Shown: positions 1 to 11,383 of the stretch, one piece after another
Layout of the letters: each line of letters opens with the position of its first letter
Numbering within the stretch: the stretch's first letter is position 1
Assembly: GCA_944391685.1 (NCBI GenBank)
Contig: CALXUM010000007.1
Location: 14,989 to 78,988 of the forward strand
Reading direction: 5' to 3'
Length of the DNA: 64,000 bases
Origin: an uncultured Alphaproteobacteria bacterium
GTDB lineage: Bacteria; Pseudomonadota; Alphaproteobacteria; RF32; CAG-239
Made by a program: the position numbers and the translations under genes
The notes under the pieces: model-generated
The model's database searches: none
Seen by the model: the letters and a program-made list of their open reading frames with translations, nothing else
What the model was told of the DNA's origin: nothing

Positions 1-1172
1 TTTTGCAAAGCGGTCAAATACACAAAAGGCTTAAAAGCTGAACCGGGTTGTCTCAGAGCCTGCGTTGCCCGATTAAATTGGCTTTTATTATAATCAATTC
101 CGCCGCTTAAAGCTTTAATTCCGCCGCTTTTATCCAAAATAACCACTGCCCCCTGGGTAACATTACGGTATTTGTTGGCAACAATTGTTTGACGCAAGAT
201 CTTAGAGGCTTTTTCTTGTAGTTCTTGGTCAAGAGTTGTTATGGCATAAATATCGTTATCTCTTTCGCCGATAAGCCCATTAATTTCACTATAGGCCCAA
301 TCAGCAAAATATCCGGCATCTTGTACGCGGGCATTTTTTTCTCTACCCAAAGGCATCTTCAGAATTTTTTGACGCATGTTTTCGCTTATAAAGCCGTTTT
401 CTTGCATAACCTTCAGAACTACTTTGGCTCTTTCCAAGGCTCTTTCTTTTGATGCTATAGGATTGTAGCGGGACGGGGCTTTTAACATTCCGGCAATTAC
501 TGCGGCTTCAAGCATATTAAGATCACGTGATGATTTTTGAAAGTATTTCTGGCTTGCCGCCTCAATTCCATAAGTTCCGGAACCAAGATAAACCCTGTTC
601 AAATAAAGAGTTAAAATTTGTTCTTTGCTAAACTTATATTCAAGCCAAAAAGCCAACAAAAGCTCTTGTACTTTGCGTTTAATGTTTTTTTGGGAGGTCA
701 AAAACAAATTTTTTGCAACTTGTTGAGTTATAGTGCTTCCGCCTTGTACATATCTTCCCGCCACGGCATTGGCAATCATGGCACGAGTGAAAGATATTAT
801 ATCAAAACCAAAATGCTGATAAAATCTGCGATCTTCGGTTGAAACAATAGCATCAACCACAAACTGAGGCAGTTCTTCGGTCCTAACCACTTCCGAATAT
901 ACGGTGCCAAAACTCCTTATTTCGTTGCCGTTTTCGGCAATAATGGTCGTTGAAGGCTGTCTTGAGCGGTTAATCGCCTCATTCATATCCGGCAAGGTAA
1001 GCAAGCAATATGCCGGATAGATTAATAAAGTTATCACCAACAAAACAAAAATTTTTAAGATTCTTATTCGATTCTTAAAGCGTTGTTTTGACTCTCTTTT
1101 TTTTGTCTTCTTTTTCTTTTTCTGAGCTTTTGCCACGATTCTCGCCCTTTTCAGTCTTGTCACGATTCGCAA
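1..1172 (-). CDS. mrcA: Penicillin-binding protein 1A (class A PBP), 3' partial; the ORF runs off the left edge of the window
   Basis: Translating the minus strand gives a Lys-rich N-terminus, a TM helix (ILKIFVLLVITLLIYPAYCLL), then the transglycosylase motif GGSTITQQVAKNLFLT and a KLSKEQILTLYLNRVYLG-like motif. The start is probably GTG/TTG around 1161-1172, with an in-frame stop at about 1179-1181. The gene is absent from the ORF track because it is partial. Confidence 0.85.
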   Translation of the reverse strand, partial: MRIVTRLKRARIVAKAQKKKKKTKKRESKQRFKNRIRILKIFVLLVITLLIYPAYCLLTLPDMNEAINRSRQPSTTIIAENGNEIRSFGTVYSEVVRTEELPQFVVDAIVSTEDRRFYQHFGFDIISFTRAMIANAVAGRYVQGGSTITQQVAKNLFLTSQKNIKRKVQELLLAFWLEYKFSKEQILTLYLNRVYLGSGTYGIEAASQKYFQKSSRDLNMLEAAVIAGMLKAPSRYNPIASKERALERAKVVLKVMQENGFISENMRQKILKMPLGREKNARVQDAGYFADWAYSEINGLIGERDNDIYAITTLDQELQEKASKILRQTIVANKYRNVTQGAVVILDKSGGIKALSGGIDYNKSQFNRATQALRQPGSAFKPFVYLTALQ

Positions 1173-1225
1173 AATATTTTATAAATAATCCTATTAAATA
1201 ACACAAATAAGTTAAGGAAGATTTT

Positions 1226-1426
1226 ATGCGTCAAATTTCTGTATCTTTATCTGATGATTTGCAAAACAAAATATCAAAAATTGCAGCCAAAAGCGGCAAG
1301 AGCCTTGACGAATGTGTTGCTCTCGCTCTCAAAGATTATGTTGAAAATTATGAAGATGTTTATAAGACTGACATCTGTGCGGTTGATAATCTTGAGCGTA
1401 GTTTCTTTTTATCTATTGGCGAATAG
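1226..1426 (+). CDS. Ribbon-helix-helix (CopG/antitoxin-like) small DNA-binding protein
   Basis: 66 aa. MRQISVSLSDDLQNKISKIAAKSGKSLDECVALALKDYVE fits a beta-strand plus two-helix RHH pattern. An AAGGAAG Shine-Dalgarno sits 6 nt upstream. No toxin partner is adjacent. Confidence 0.5.
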   Translation: MRQISVSLSDDLQNKISKIAAKSGKSLDECVALALKDYVENYEDVYKTDICAVDNLERSFFLSIGE

Positions 1427-1478
1427 AAGTTTATCTTTTATATTATAAACACTTCGTTCCTTAATCTGGAGATGTTTA

Positions 1479-4229
1479 ATGCCGCAAAAAGTTTGCCTCA
1501 TAGACGGTTCTGGCTATATTTTTCGAGCCTTTTATGGGCTTCCGCCGCTAACCGCGCCTGACGGGACACCGGTTAATGCCGTTTATGGTTTTACCAATAT
1601 GTTTTTAAAGCTCACCGGCAAAATCAATTGTGATTATTGTTTGGTTTTGTTTGATGCCAAACGTCAAAATTATCGCAATGACATTTACCCCGACTATAAA
1701 GGCACCCGCAAAGAAACTCCTGAGGAACTAATTCCTCAGTTTCCGATTATTCGTGAAGCGGTAGAAGCTCTAAACCTTAATTACCTTGAAATGGAAGGGT
1801 ATGAGGCAGATGATTTAATAGCTACCTATGCCGAACAAGCCTTAAACGAAGGCAAGGAAGTCGTTGTCGTTTCCGGCGATAAAGATTTAATGCAGCTTAT
1901 TCGCCCAGGAGTAGAATTTTATGATCCTATGAAAGATAAATTTTTTACTCCTGAAGATGTTAAAGAAAAGTTTGGCGTTTATCCTGACAAAGTTGTTGAC
2001 GTTCAAGCCTTGTCTGGCGATAGCATTGACAATGTTCCCGGTGTTCCGGGTATTGGGCCAAAAACTGCCGCTCAATTGGTTAATGAATATGGCTCGTTAG
2101 AAGGTGTTTTGCAACATGCATCAGAAATCAAGCAGGAAAAACGCCGCCAAACTCTTCTTGACAATATTGATAATGCTCGTATATCTCTGCAGCTGGTTAC
2201 CTTAAAAAAAGATGTGCCGGTAGAGCATCCTTTACAGGAATATCGTTGTCGAGCTCCCAAAGTAGAACCATTGCAAAAATTTGTTGCAGCCTATGGCTTT
2301 AATTCCCTCAAACCTCGTCTGGAAAAGTGGATTTCTGAACGCTGTTCATGCTTTGCGGAATCGGGTGTGAACAATGTATTTAAAATGCCGGAAAAAAAGT
2401 ATGAACTGGTGCAAACCGAAGCCGGATTAAAAAAGTGGGTTGACCTTATAAATAAAAACCGCCGTTTTTCTCTTGCGGTTATAAGTCAAGAGGGCAGTTT
2501 GTCTGAAGGAAAGCCTTGCGGAATATCCATATCTGTTGCCGCTGGACAAGCATGCTATATTCCGCTAAATCATGATAAAGATGCCGAAAATATGGATTTG
2601 TTTGCAGCTCACAAAAGGGTTGAGCAAATTCATTTCGATTTATTTAAGCACTATTTCAAGCCTTTGTTTGCATCCAAATCTATTTTGAAAATCGGGCATA
2701 ATATCAAAAATGCCATGCATGCATTAGCTTTAGTGTTGGGTGAAGATACGGTATTTTTTCCTATTGATGATGTGTCTGTAATGTCTTATGACTTAGATAG
2801 TTCTGAACACGGGCATTCATTGGAAGAATTAAGCAATTTATTTTTGGAACAGACAATGTTTTCCTTGGATGAACTTTTGGGTGCTGGCAAAAACAAAATA
2901 CCTTTTTGCAATCTTGAAATAAACACCGCTTTGGAATATATGGCTCAAAGAGCAGATTATACTTTGCGTGTTTATGATATTTTAAGATCTAGGTTGGTTT
3001 CAGAGCAAAAAGTTGCCGTTTATGAAAATTTTGATCGCCCGCTCATCAATACCTTATATGCCATGGAAAGTCGCGGCGTTATGGTTAATTCAACGGCATT
3101 AAGAGAGTTAAGTTCTTATTTTGATGGCAAACTGCACGAATTTGAACAGCAAATTTACCGGCTTGCAGGGGAAGAGTTTAATGTTGGTTCTCCCAAACAA
3201 ATAGGTGAAATACTGTTTTCAAAACAGGGTCTAAAGGGCAAAAAAACAGCCACTGGTGCATGGCAAACCGGAGCTGATGTGCTGGAAGATTTGGCAGAAC
3301 AAGGAGTGGATATTGCCGCTAAAATTCTTGATTGGCGAGAATTTAGCAAGCTAAAATCCACTTATACCGATTCTTTGTTCTCGTTACTGGATAAAAACAA
3401 CCGCCTTCATACCACCTACTTGCAAACGGTAGCCAATACCGGCAGACTATCTTCAGTAAATCCAAATTTGCAAAATATTCCCATTCGTAGTGATGAGGGC
3501 AAAAAAATTCGCAGCTGTTTTGTGGCTAAACCTGGATGCAAACTTATTTCTGCTGACTATTCACAGGTAGAACTGCGATTGTTGGCCGCGGTGGCAGATG
3601 TCAAAAACTTAAAAAAAGCATTTGCTCAAGGCATTGATGTTCATACGGCCACGGCCTCTCATGTTTTTGGGGTTGCCCCGGATAAGGTTGATGCCAATTT
3701 GCGTCGCCACGCCAAAGCCATTAATTTCGGTATTGTCTATGGAATTTCGGCATATGGTTTAGCTAAAAATATAGGAGTTGATGCTGCAGATGCCAAAGCT
3801 TATATTGATGCTTATTTTGCACAAATGCCGGAAATTAAGCAATATATGGAGGAAACAATAGCTTTTGCTCACAAACATGGTTATGTGCTAACCCCGTTCG
3901 GTCGTAAGTGTTCTGTTTTAGGAATTAATGACCAAAACAAAAGGTTGGTAGCTAATGCCGAAAGAGCTGCCATTAATGCCCCGATCCAAGGCGGAGCAGC
4001 TGATATTATAAAGCTTGCCATGAACAAGATTGAGCACCTTTTGAAAGAAGGTAGCTATAAAACCAAAATGTTGTTACAGGTTCATGATGAACTCGTCTTT
4101 GAAGCACCTGATTCTGAGGTTGAAAAAGTGTGTTCTCTAATCAAAGAAACCATGGAAAATATTGTTCAATATGATGTTCCTTTCAACGTTGAAGTAGGTG
4201 TTGGAGAAAACTGGACTGAGGCTCACTGA
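1479..4229 (+). CDS. polA: DNA polymerase I
   Basis: 916 aa. It has a 5'-nuclease N-terminus and polymerase motifs A (DYSQVELR), B (RRHAKAINFGIVYGIS) and C (QVHDELVFE). Confidence 0.95.
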   Translation: MPQKVCLIDGSGYIFRAFYGLPPLTAPDGTPVNAVYGFTNMFLKLTGKINCDYCLVLFDAKRQNYRNDIYPDYKGTRKETPEELIPQFPIIREAVEALNLNYLEMEGYEADDLIATYAEQALNEGKEVVVVSGDKDLMQLIRPGVEFYDPMKDKFFTPEDVKEKFGVYPDKVVDVQALSGDSIDNVPGVPGIGPKTAAQLVNEYGSLEGVLQHASEIKQEKRRQTLLDNIDNARISLQLVTLKKDVPVEHPLQEYRCRAPKVEPLQKFVAAYGFNSLKPRLEKWISERCSCFAESGVNNVFKMPEKKYELVQTEAGLKKWVDLINKNRRFSLAVISQEGSLSEGKPCGISISVAAGQACYIPLNHDKDAENMDLFAAHKRVEQIHFDLFKHYFKPLFASKSILKIGHNIKNAMHALALVLGEDTVFFPIDDVSVMSYDLDSSEHGHSLEELSNLFLEQTMFSLDELLGAGKNKIPFCNLEINTALEYMAQRADYTLRVYDILRSRLVSEQKVAVYENFDRPLINTLYAMESRGVMVNSTALRELSSYFDGKLHEFEQQIYRLAGEEFNVGSPKQIGEILFSKQGLKGKKTATGAWQTGADVLEDLAEQGVDIAAKILDWREFSKLKSTYTDSLFSLLDKNNRLHTTYLQTVANTGRLSSVNPNLQNIPIRSDEGKKIRSCFVAKPGCKLISADYSQVELRLLAAVADVKNLKKAFAQGIDVHTATASHVFGVAPDKVDANLRRHAKAINFGIVYGISAYGLAKNIGVDAADAKAYIDAYFAQMPEIKQYMEETIAFAHKHGYVLTPFGRKCSVLGINDQNKRLVANAERAAINAPIQGGAADIIKLAMNKIEHLLKEGSYKTKMLLQVHDELVFEAPDSEVEKVCSLIKETMENIVQYDVPFNVEVGVGENWTEAH

Positions 4230-4344
4230 TTTTTTGCCTAAAATTATGCACAAAAGCTTTGAAAACTTTGATTTTTTGCTTGGGAAATCAAACAATTTGT
4301 TGTATATTTTTGATAGTTTTTTTCGAGATAAAATAAGGATGTAA

Positions 4345-6792
<2,448 letters not shown>

Positions 6793-6796
6793 AACT

Positions 6797-6829
6797 AAGC
6801 CCGCGTTAATTAAGCGGGCTTTATTATTG
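6797..6829 (+). terminator. Rho-independent terminator after gyrB
   Basis: Hairpin aaGCCCGCgttaattaaGCGGGCttt followed by a T-rich tract. Confidence 0.6.
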
Positions 6830-6882
6830 ACTAATCAGATGTTTGCTCTAAACTTAAAGTTCAATAATTTAAGGAACATAAC

Positions 6883-7992
6883 ATGAAAATTTGGCCGTTT
6901 TTAGTTACAACACTTATTCTTCCTCAGGCAGCATTAGCCGGAGAGTGGAATTTTGATATTTCTGGACATGCTCAAGGTTTGTATGGCTATACAGATGTTT
7001 CAAAACAATTTGAACATAAAGATAAAAACAATCATGGTGTAGGGCAGGGTGATGTTAATTTTGTTGCCGCTTATAACCATAATGATGAATATAGTATGAG
7101 CCTTCATCTTGACCTGATGGGAGGAATAGATCAGGAGTTGGAAGATTATAACCAAGGCCGTTGGGGAGAAGAGGCTTATGCTATTGGCGATTCTCCGTAT
7201 GGACGTTTAATGTTGGGGCAAACCTTTAACGTTGCGGCACAGTTTCATGATGGAGCTCCGGCTGTCGGTGCTTTAAGCAGTAATGCTGATGTCGTTGATT
7301 TTATTTCTAATCCCAATTGGAAACGTGATGGCAAGACCACCAAGTTTGCCACCCTAAACACAACTTATATTAATACTGACGGTGTTGCTCCCAAGGTAAG
7401 TTATATAACCCCTTCTTTTTATGACACGGTCATAGGCTTTACATATGTGCCTGACGCATATAACCGTCGCGGTCTTATCAGTAATCAGGCTTCATATTCT
7501 CACAAAGACGGCTACATTGCCGCTATCTACAGCGAGCAAAGTTTCAAAGGCTTTTCAGCGGCTTTAAGTGGCGGTTATGCCCTTTTCCATGACAATGATA
7601 ATGAGTTTTCTGCCTCGCTTAAATTAAGTCGGGGCAATTGGAGCTTGGGCGGTGGCTGGCGAAAAACATACATTGATGGTGAAGATAAACAAAAATCAAC
7701 CTCAAGCAATTTGCCGGAATTTTTTGACGGCTATCGAGAAGGAGAGGCCTGGGATATTGGTGTAGGGTATGAAATAGGACCTTATCAAATGGCCCTTTCT
7801 TATTTTGAATCTCAATCATCTCGCACGGATAACAAAGACAAAATTTGGATATTTTCAAACCAATACCAATATAATCAATATCTTGATATTTATCTGGCAG
7901 CTGCTCATGTGGATTTTGCCGGAAACAATAAAAATGTTGCCGATAATAATCAAGGGTATGCCTTTGTCAGCGGATTAGGAATTAATTTTTAA
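6883..7992 (+). CDS. Outer-membrane porin (beta-barrel with C-terminal Phe)
   Basis: Signal peptide MKIWPFLVTTLILPQAALA, alternating aromatic/Gly-rich beta-strands, and a C-terminus ...GLGINF. An AAGGAA Shine-Dalgarno lies upstream. Confidence 0.55.
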   Translation: MKIWPFLVTTLILPQAALAGEWNFDISGHAQGLYGYTDVSKQFEHKDKNNHGVGQGDVNFVAAYNHNDEYSMSLHLDLMGGIDQELEDYNQGRWGEEAYAIGDSPYGRLMLGQTFNVAAQFHDGAPAVGALSSNADVVDFISNPNWKRDGKTTKFATLNTTYINTDGVAPKVSYITPSFYDTVIGFTYVPDAYNRRGLISNQASYSHKDGYIAAIYSEQSFKGFSAALSGGYALFHDNDNEFSASLKLSRGNWSLGGGWRKTYIDGEDKQKSTSSNLPEFFDGYREGEAWDIGVGYEIGPYQMALSYFESQSSRTDNKDKIWIFSNQYQYNQYLDIYLAAAHVDFAGNNKNVADNNQGYAFVSGLGINF

Positions 7993-8002
7993 GGAATAAA
8001 TT

Positions 8003-8632
8003 ATGCCAAATGTTTTACTAATATCTGATGATGAAGCTTTTGCCGAAGATTTAAGCAGTCAAATAACTCATCATGCTAAAGATTTTTCAATCATAGAAGC
8101 TAATAATACTGATGCCGCTGCTGATATTATAATCATTGATGAAAATTTATCTGAACTGAAAAAATATCAAGAGCAAAATCTTAAATCTCCGTTGTTTTTT
8201 TTAACATCTGATGCAAATAAGGTTAAAAACGAGAAAAATATTAATCACCTTATTATCAAACCATTTAAACTGAGCTACTTTTTGGATGAACTTCAATCAA
8301 GTATCAATATTTTTGAAAACAGCGAAAATGGCTACCTTATATTTAATCGCTATATTGTCCGGCCTGTTAAAAAAGACATTTTTAATCAACGCAACGGAGA
8401 ACTTACTAAACTTACGGAAAAAGAAGTTGCGGTTATAAAATATTTATATAAAGCGGGAAATAAAATTGTCAGTAAAAATGATCTTTTGCAAGACGTTTGG
8501 GGATATGCACCGGATGTAACAACCCACACCATAGAAACTCACATTTATCGTTTGCGACAAAAAGTTGAGCATGAAGATCCTGAAGCACAGCTTATCTTAA
8601 CGGTTGACGGAGGTTATCAACTTAAATTTTAA
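8003..8632 (+). CDS. OmpR/winged-helix family response regulator (compact receiver)
   Basis: The receiver has the acidic pair (SDDE), a putative acceptor Asp in IIIIDENL, a T in FFLTSD and a K in IIKPF. The C-terminal Trans_reg_C-like domain reads ...THTIETHIYRLRQKVE...ILTVDGGYQLKF. No kinase is adjacent. Confidence 0.6.
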   Translation: MPNVLLISDDEAFAEDLSSQITHHAKDFSIIEANNTDAAADIIIIDENLSELKKYQEQNLKSPLFFLTSDANKVKNEKNINHLIIKPFKLSYFLDELQSSINIFENSENGYLIFNRYIVRPVKKDIFNQRNGELTKLTEKEVAVIKYLYKAGNKIVSKNDLLQDVWGYAPDVTTHTIETHIYRLRQKVEHEDPEAQLILTVDGGYQLKF

Positions 8633-9428
8633 TCTCTGCCATCACAGGTACATGATCTGATGGCCTTTCTTGACACCGCATATAATTAATAATTTTACAA
8701 GACAACAATCTATTTTTTAAGTTTGGTGTAACCCAAATATGGTCAAGTCTTCGACCTTTATTGTTGGTTTGCCAATTAGGATTGCGATAACTCCACCAAG
8801 AAAAAACCTTTTGTGGTTCGGGATAAAAGATCCTAACGGCATCAACAAAATTAAGAGAATTAAATAATCTTTTTAGTCTTTCCACCTCGATAGGTGTATG
8901 TGATACGACTTTTAAAAGCTGTTTATGGTTCCACACATCATTTTCAGACGGAGCAACGTTAAAATCTCCGCATAACAGCATTTTTTTATTTTCAAGCTCT
9001 GGTTTGTGCTGTTCAAAATATTCAGCTACATCATCCATAAAACAAAGCTTATGAGCAAAAGAAAGGTTTTCAATAGGATCAGGAATATCGCCTCCGGCCG
9101 GAATATACATATTATTTATTTCAACATCATCAAAAACAGTCGCAGAAATATTTCTGGCATCTTTTTTGCCGACCCAATCATGTTTTTCGCTTTTTTTGAA
9201 CGGATATTTGGAAAGAATTGCTACTCCGTTATAACCGGGGATTCCATATAATGCTATATGGTTAAAACCTAAAGCTTTTACTGCATCAAAAGGAAAATCA
9301 GCTTCTTTAGCTTTTACTTCTTGCAGGCACACAATATCAGGATTTTCTTTTTCGCATAACAAACGCAGCAAATCCATACGTATTCTTATGGAGTTAACAT
9401 TCCATGTAACCAGTCTGAAAAAGTCCAT
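8622..9428 (-). CDS. xthA: Exodeoxyribonuclease III
   Basis: MDFFRLVTWNVNSIRIRMDLL...DIVCLQEVK is an EEP-fold Xth N-terminus, and the protein ends with the conserved SDHVPV motif. Confidence 0.85.
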   Translation of the reverse strand: MDFFRLVTWNVNSIRIRMDLLRLLCEKENPDIVCLQEVKAKEADFPFDAVKALGFNHIALYGIPGYNGVAILSKYPFKKSEKHDWVGKKDARNISATVFDDVEINNMYIPAGGDIPDPIENLSFAHKLCFMDDVAEYFEQHKPELENKKMLLCGDFNVAPSENDVWNHKQLLKVVSHTPIEVERLKRLFNSLNFVDAVRIFYPEPQKVFSWWSYRNPNWQTNNKGRRLDHIWVTPNLKNRLLSCKIINYMRCQERPSDHVPVMAEIKI

Positions 9429-9431
9429 TGT

Positions 9432-10043
9432 CTACCTTTTCTTTTTGTAATTAAGCGGAGAAGAACTTTTTTTCTTAAACTCAAAAATTTTATCTGATAA
9501 CTCAACATCTTTTTGAGCATCATATAAAGATACGATAACCTCCACGCTTTGAGGATCTATAATTTTCCATTGTTTTAATTCCATGGGATTGTTTGAGAAC
9601 ACCAAAGTAATTGGACCCAAATCCCCTTTTCCGGCATAATCAAGAGTTATTGATGTTGATCCGGAATCTTGATAAAAGTCGGTTATTTTAATATTTTTAC
9701 CGTCAATTTTTATATCATTAGCCAAAATAAGACTAGCAGGAATATCGTCATAATCAATATGAGTCACTTGATCAAGTTCCAAATCATTATAAACAATAAA
9801 CTCCCCGTCTCCTACAATTAACACATTTGTAGGATCGGCATATTCCATACGAATTTTATTTGGTTTTTTTATAAACAAACGCCCTTCTGCAGTAGCACCA
9901 TTACTGGCCATTTGCACAAAGGTTGCTTCTAAGCTTTTAATATTATTAAGATAAGTTTCAATCTTTTGAATATTTTCTGCACTTTGTGCTTGTACATTAA
10001 AGCTGCACAAACAACAAATAACACTCAAAAACCACTTTTTCAT
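9432..10043 (-). CDS. lolA: Outer-membrane lipoprotein carrier protein LolA
   Basis: Signal peptide, then a LolA-type pattern (F.Q....G......KPNKIRMEY) and a length of 203 aa. Confidence 0.7.
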   Translation of the reverse strand: MKKWFLSVICCLCSFNVQAQSAENIQKIETYLNNIKSLEATFVQMASNGATAEGRLFIKKPNKIRMEYADPTNVLIVGDGEFIVYNDLELDQVTHIDYDDIPASLILANDIKIDGKNIKITDFYQDSGSTSITLDYAGKGDLGPITLVFSNNPMELKQWKIIDPQSVEVIVSLYDAQKDVELSDKIFEFKKKSSSPLNYKKKR

Positions 10044-10112
10044 TTGGATCCTTACTATTTTGTTTCACTGTTTTTAATATAAACAATAAAACAAAATAGT
10101 AAACATAAAGAT

Positions 10113-10143
10113 ACTCCCTGTCAGCAAAAACTGCCAGGGAGTT
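10113..10143 (-). terminator. Hairpin downstream of the small ORF (putative terminator)
   Basis: CTCCCTGtcagcaaaaactgCCAGGGAG forms a 7-bp stem plus an inner 3 bp. It lies between the small ORF and the lolA start. Confidence 0.35.
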
Positions 10144-10166
10144 GTTATAATCAGGAGTGTTGAGTA

Positions 10167-10331
10167 TTAATAATTTTTAGAGCATCCGCATCCTTTTGTT
10201 GCTGTATGTGTCGAATTTTTTTCAGAAGAAGATTTGTTGTTTTCCTTCTCTGAAGTATTCATTTTATTATTTTCAGACGCAGATTTAGCAGTCATTTTTG
10301 ATTGATTGTTTTTATTGTTATTACAAGACAT
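10167..10331 (-). CDS. Small hydrophilic Asn/Ser/Lys-rich protein (54 aa) with C-terminal GCGCS motif
   Basis: ATG preceded by a perfect Shine-Dalgarno (ttAGGAGGataaaATG). Sequence: MSCNNNKNNQSKMTAKSASENNKMNTSEKENNKSSSEKNSTHTATKGCGCSKNY. It is flanked by hairpins on both sides. It is below the 60-aa cut-off of the ORF track. Confidence 0.4.
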   Translation of the reverse strand: MSCNNNKNNQSKMTAKSASENNKMNTSEKENNKSSSEKNSTHTATKGCGCSKNY

Positions 10332-10451
10332 TTTATCCTCCTAAGAAGTTTATTTTATTACGGAACATCCCGTAACAAAGAAGATGTATTATCTTTCTTT
10401 TGCTAAAACAATAGAACCTATCCTAAGAGATAAATAATCAAAAGTTTATAT

Positions 10452-11381
10452 TTAGAAATTACGTGCTTTAAATATACCGTTTTCAAGGCCTTGGATTTGG
10501 TTGTTTTCGTCTGCTATTTTTAGACGTTTTATAGCAAGTGCGGCATATTCTTTTTCTTTTTCGATTCCCATAAAATTACGATTTAGCTTTTTTGCTGTTA
10601 CTGCTGTCGTTCCCGATCCGAGAAAGGGATCAAACACCATATCTCCTTCATTACTTGAGGCAAGAATAAGTTTTGCCAAAAGTTTTTCGGGTTTTTGGGT
10701 TGGGTGAGAAGTGTTTTCAGACATTGACCAGAAAGGAATAGAAATATCCGTCCAAATATTTGATGGATGAGTTAATCTGAACTTTTCTTTACCATTAAAA
10801 GACCAGTCTTTGGGATTACCTTTTTTATCCCTGTAAGGAGCTATCACCGGTCTTTGTACTTTTACCGCCTCAAGATTAAAGGTATAGTTTTTGCTTTTAG
10901 TAAAAAACCAAATATCTTCCAAACAGTTTTTCCAGTTGTTTTTTGAGCCTCGTCCTTTTTCTCTTTCCCAAGATATTCTGTTCTGCAAAATAAAATATTT
11001 TCCAGCAATTTCAGGAATACAAATTGATGTTTTCCAGTCCGAACAAATATAAACAGAGGCATTGTCTTTTAATAAAGGTAAGGTTTTTTTTATCCAAGTT
11101 TCAAACCATTTTTTATAAGAGTCAAAATCCATTTCTTTGAACACGCTTTGCCCAAAATTTTTAGTTAAGTTATAAGGGGGATCAACAATCATTAAATCAA
11201 CGCATTTCTCCGGTAGCTTGTTCATTATTTTTAAGCAATCACCCCAAAAAACGCGGTTTTTGGCCTCAGATATTTTTAACTTAGCTTTGGGCCTTAATGT
11301 TTCAGATACATATAGAGCCGTTTCCTTGGGAGACAGCTCTATGGTTTTGTTTCTGGGGGCTTTGATTTTAGTTGTTTTCAA
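10452..11381 (-). CDS. N6-adenine DNA methyltransferase, beta-class, CcrM/M.HinfI-like; no adjacent restriction enzyme
   Basis: Motif IV DPPYN (GDCLKIMNKLPEKCVDLMIVDPPYN) comes before motif I (FDPFLGSGTT), and HPTQKPEKLLAKLILASS is present. These closely parallel the Caulobacter CcrM motifs. The protein is 309 aa and lacks CcrM's roughly 80-aa C-terminal extension. The annotated start is a TTG 3 nt after the HPr stop, and the true start is uncertain. Confidence 0.8.
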   Translation of the reverse strand: MKTTKIKAPRNKTIELSPKETALYVSETLRPKAKLKISEAKNRVFWGDCLKIMNKLPEKCVDLMIVDPPYNLTKNFGQSVFKEMDFDSYKKWFETWIKKTLPLLKDNASVYICSDWKTSICIPEIAGKYFILQNRISWEREKGRGSKNNWKNCLEDIWFFTKSKNYTFNLEAVKVQRPVIAPYRDKKGNPKDWSFNGKEKFRLTHPSNIWTDISIPFWSMSENTSHPTQKPEKLLAKLILASSNEGDMVFDPFLGSGTTAVTAKKLNRNFMGIEKEKEYAALAIKRLKIADENNQIQGLENGIFKARNF

Positions 11382-11383
11382 AT

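Noticed and set aside
225-842. Plus-strand ORFs 225-452 and 618-842
   Set aside because: They are antisense to the partial PBP1A gene, which has unmistakable transglycosylase motifs on the minus strand. They have no motifs of their own.
1254-1448. 64-aa plus-strand ORF overlapping the RHH gene in another frame
   Set aside because: It is out of frame with the better-supported RHH ORF, which has a Shine-Dalgarno and an RHH pattern. It is hydrophobic low-complexity sequence.
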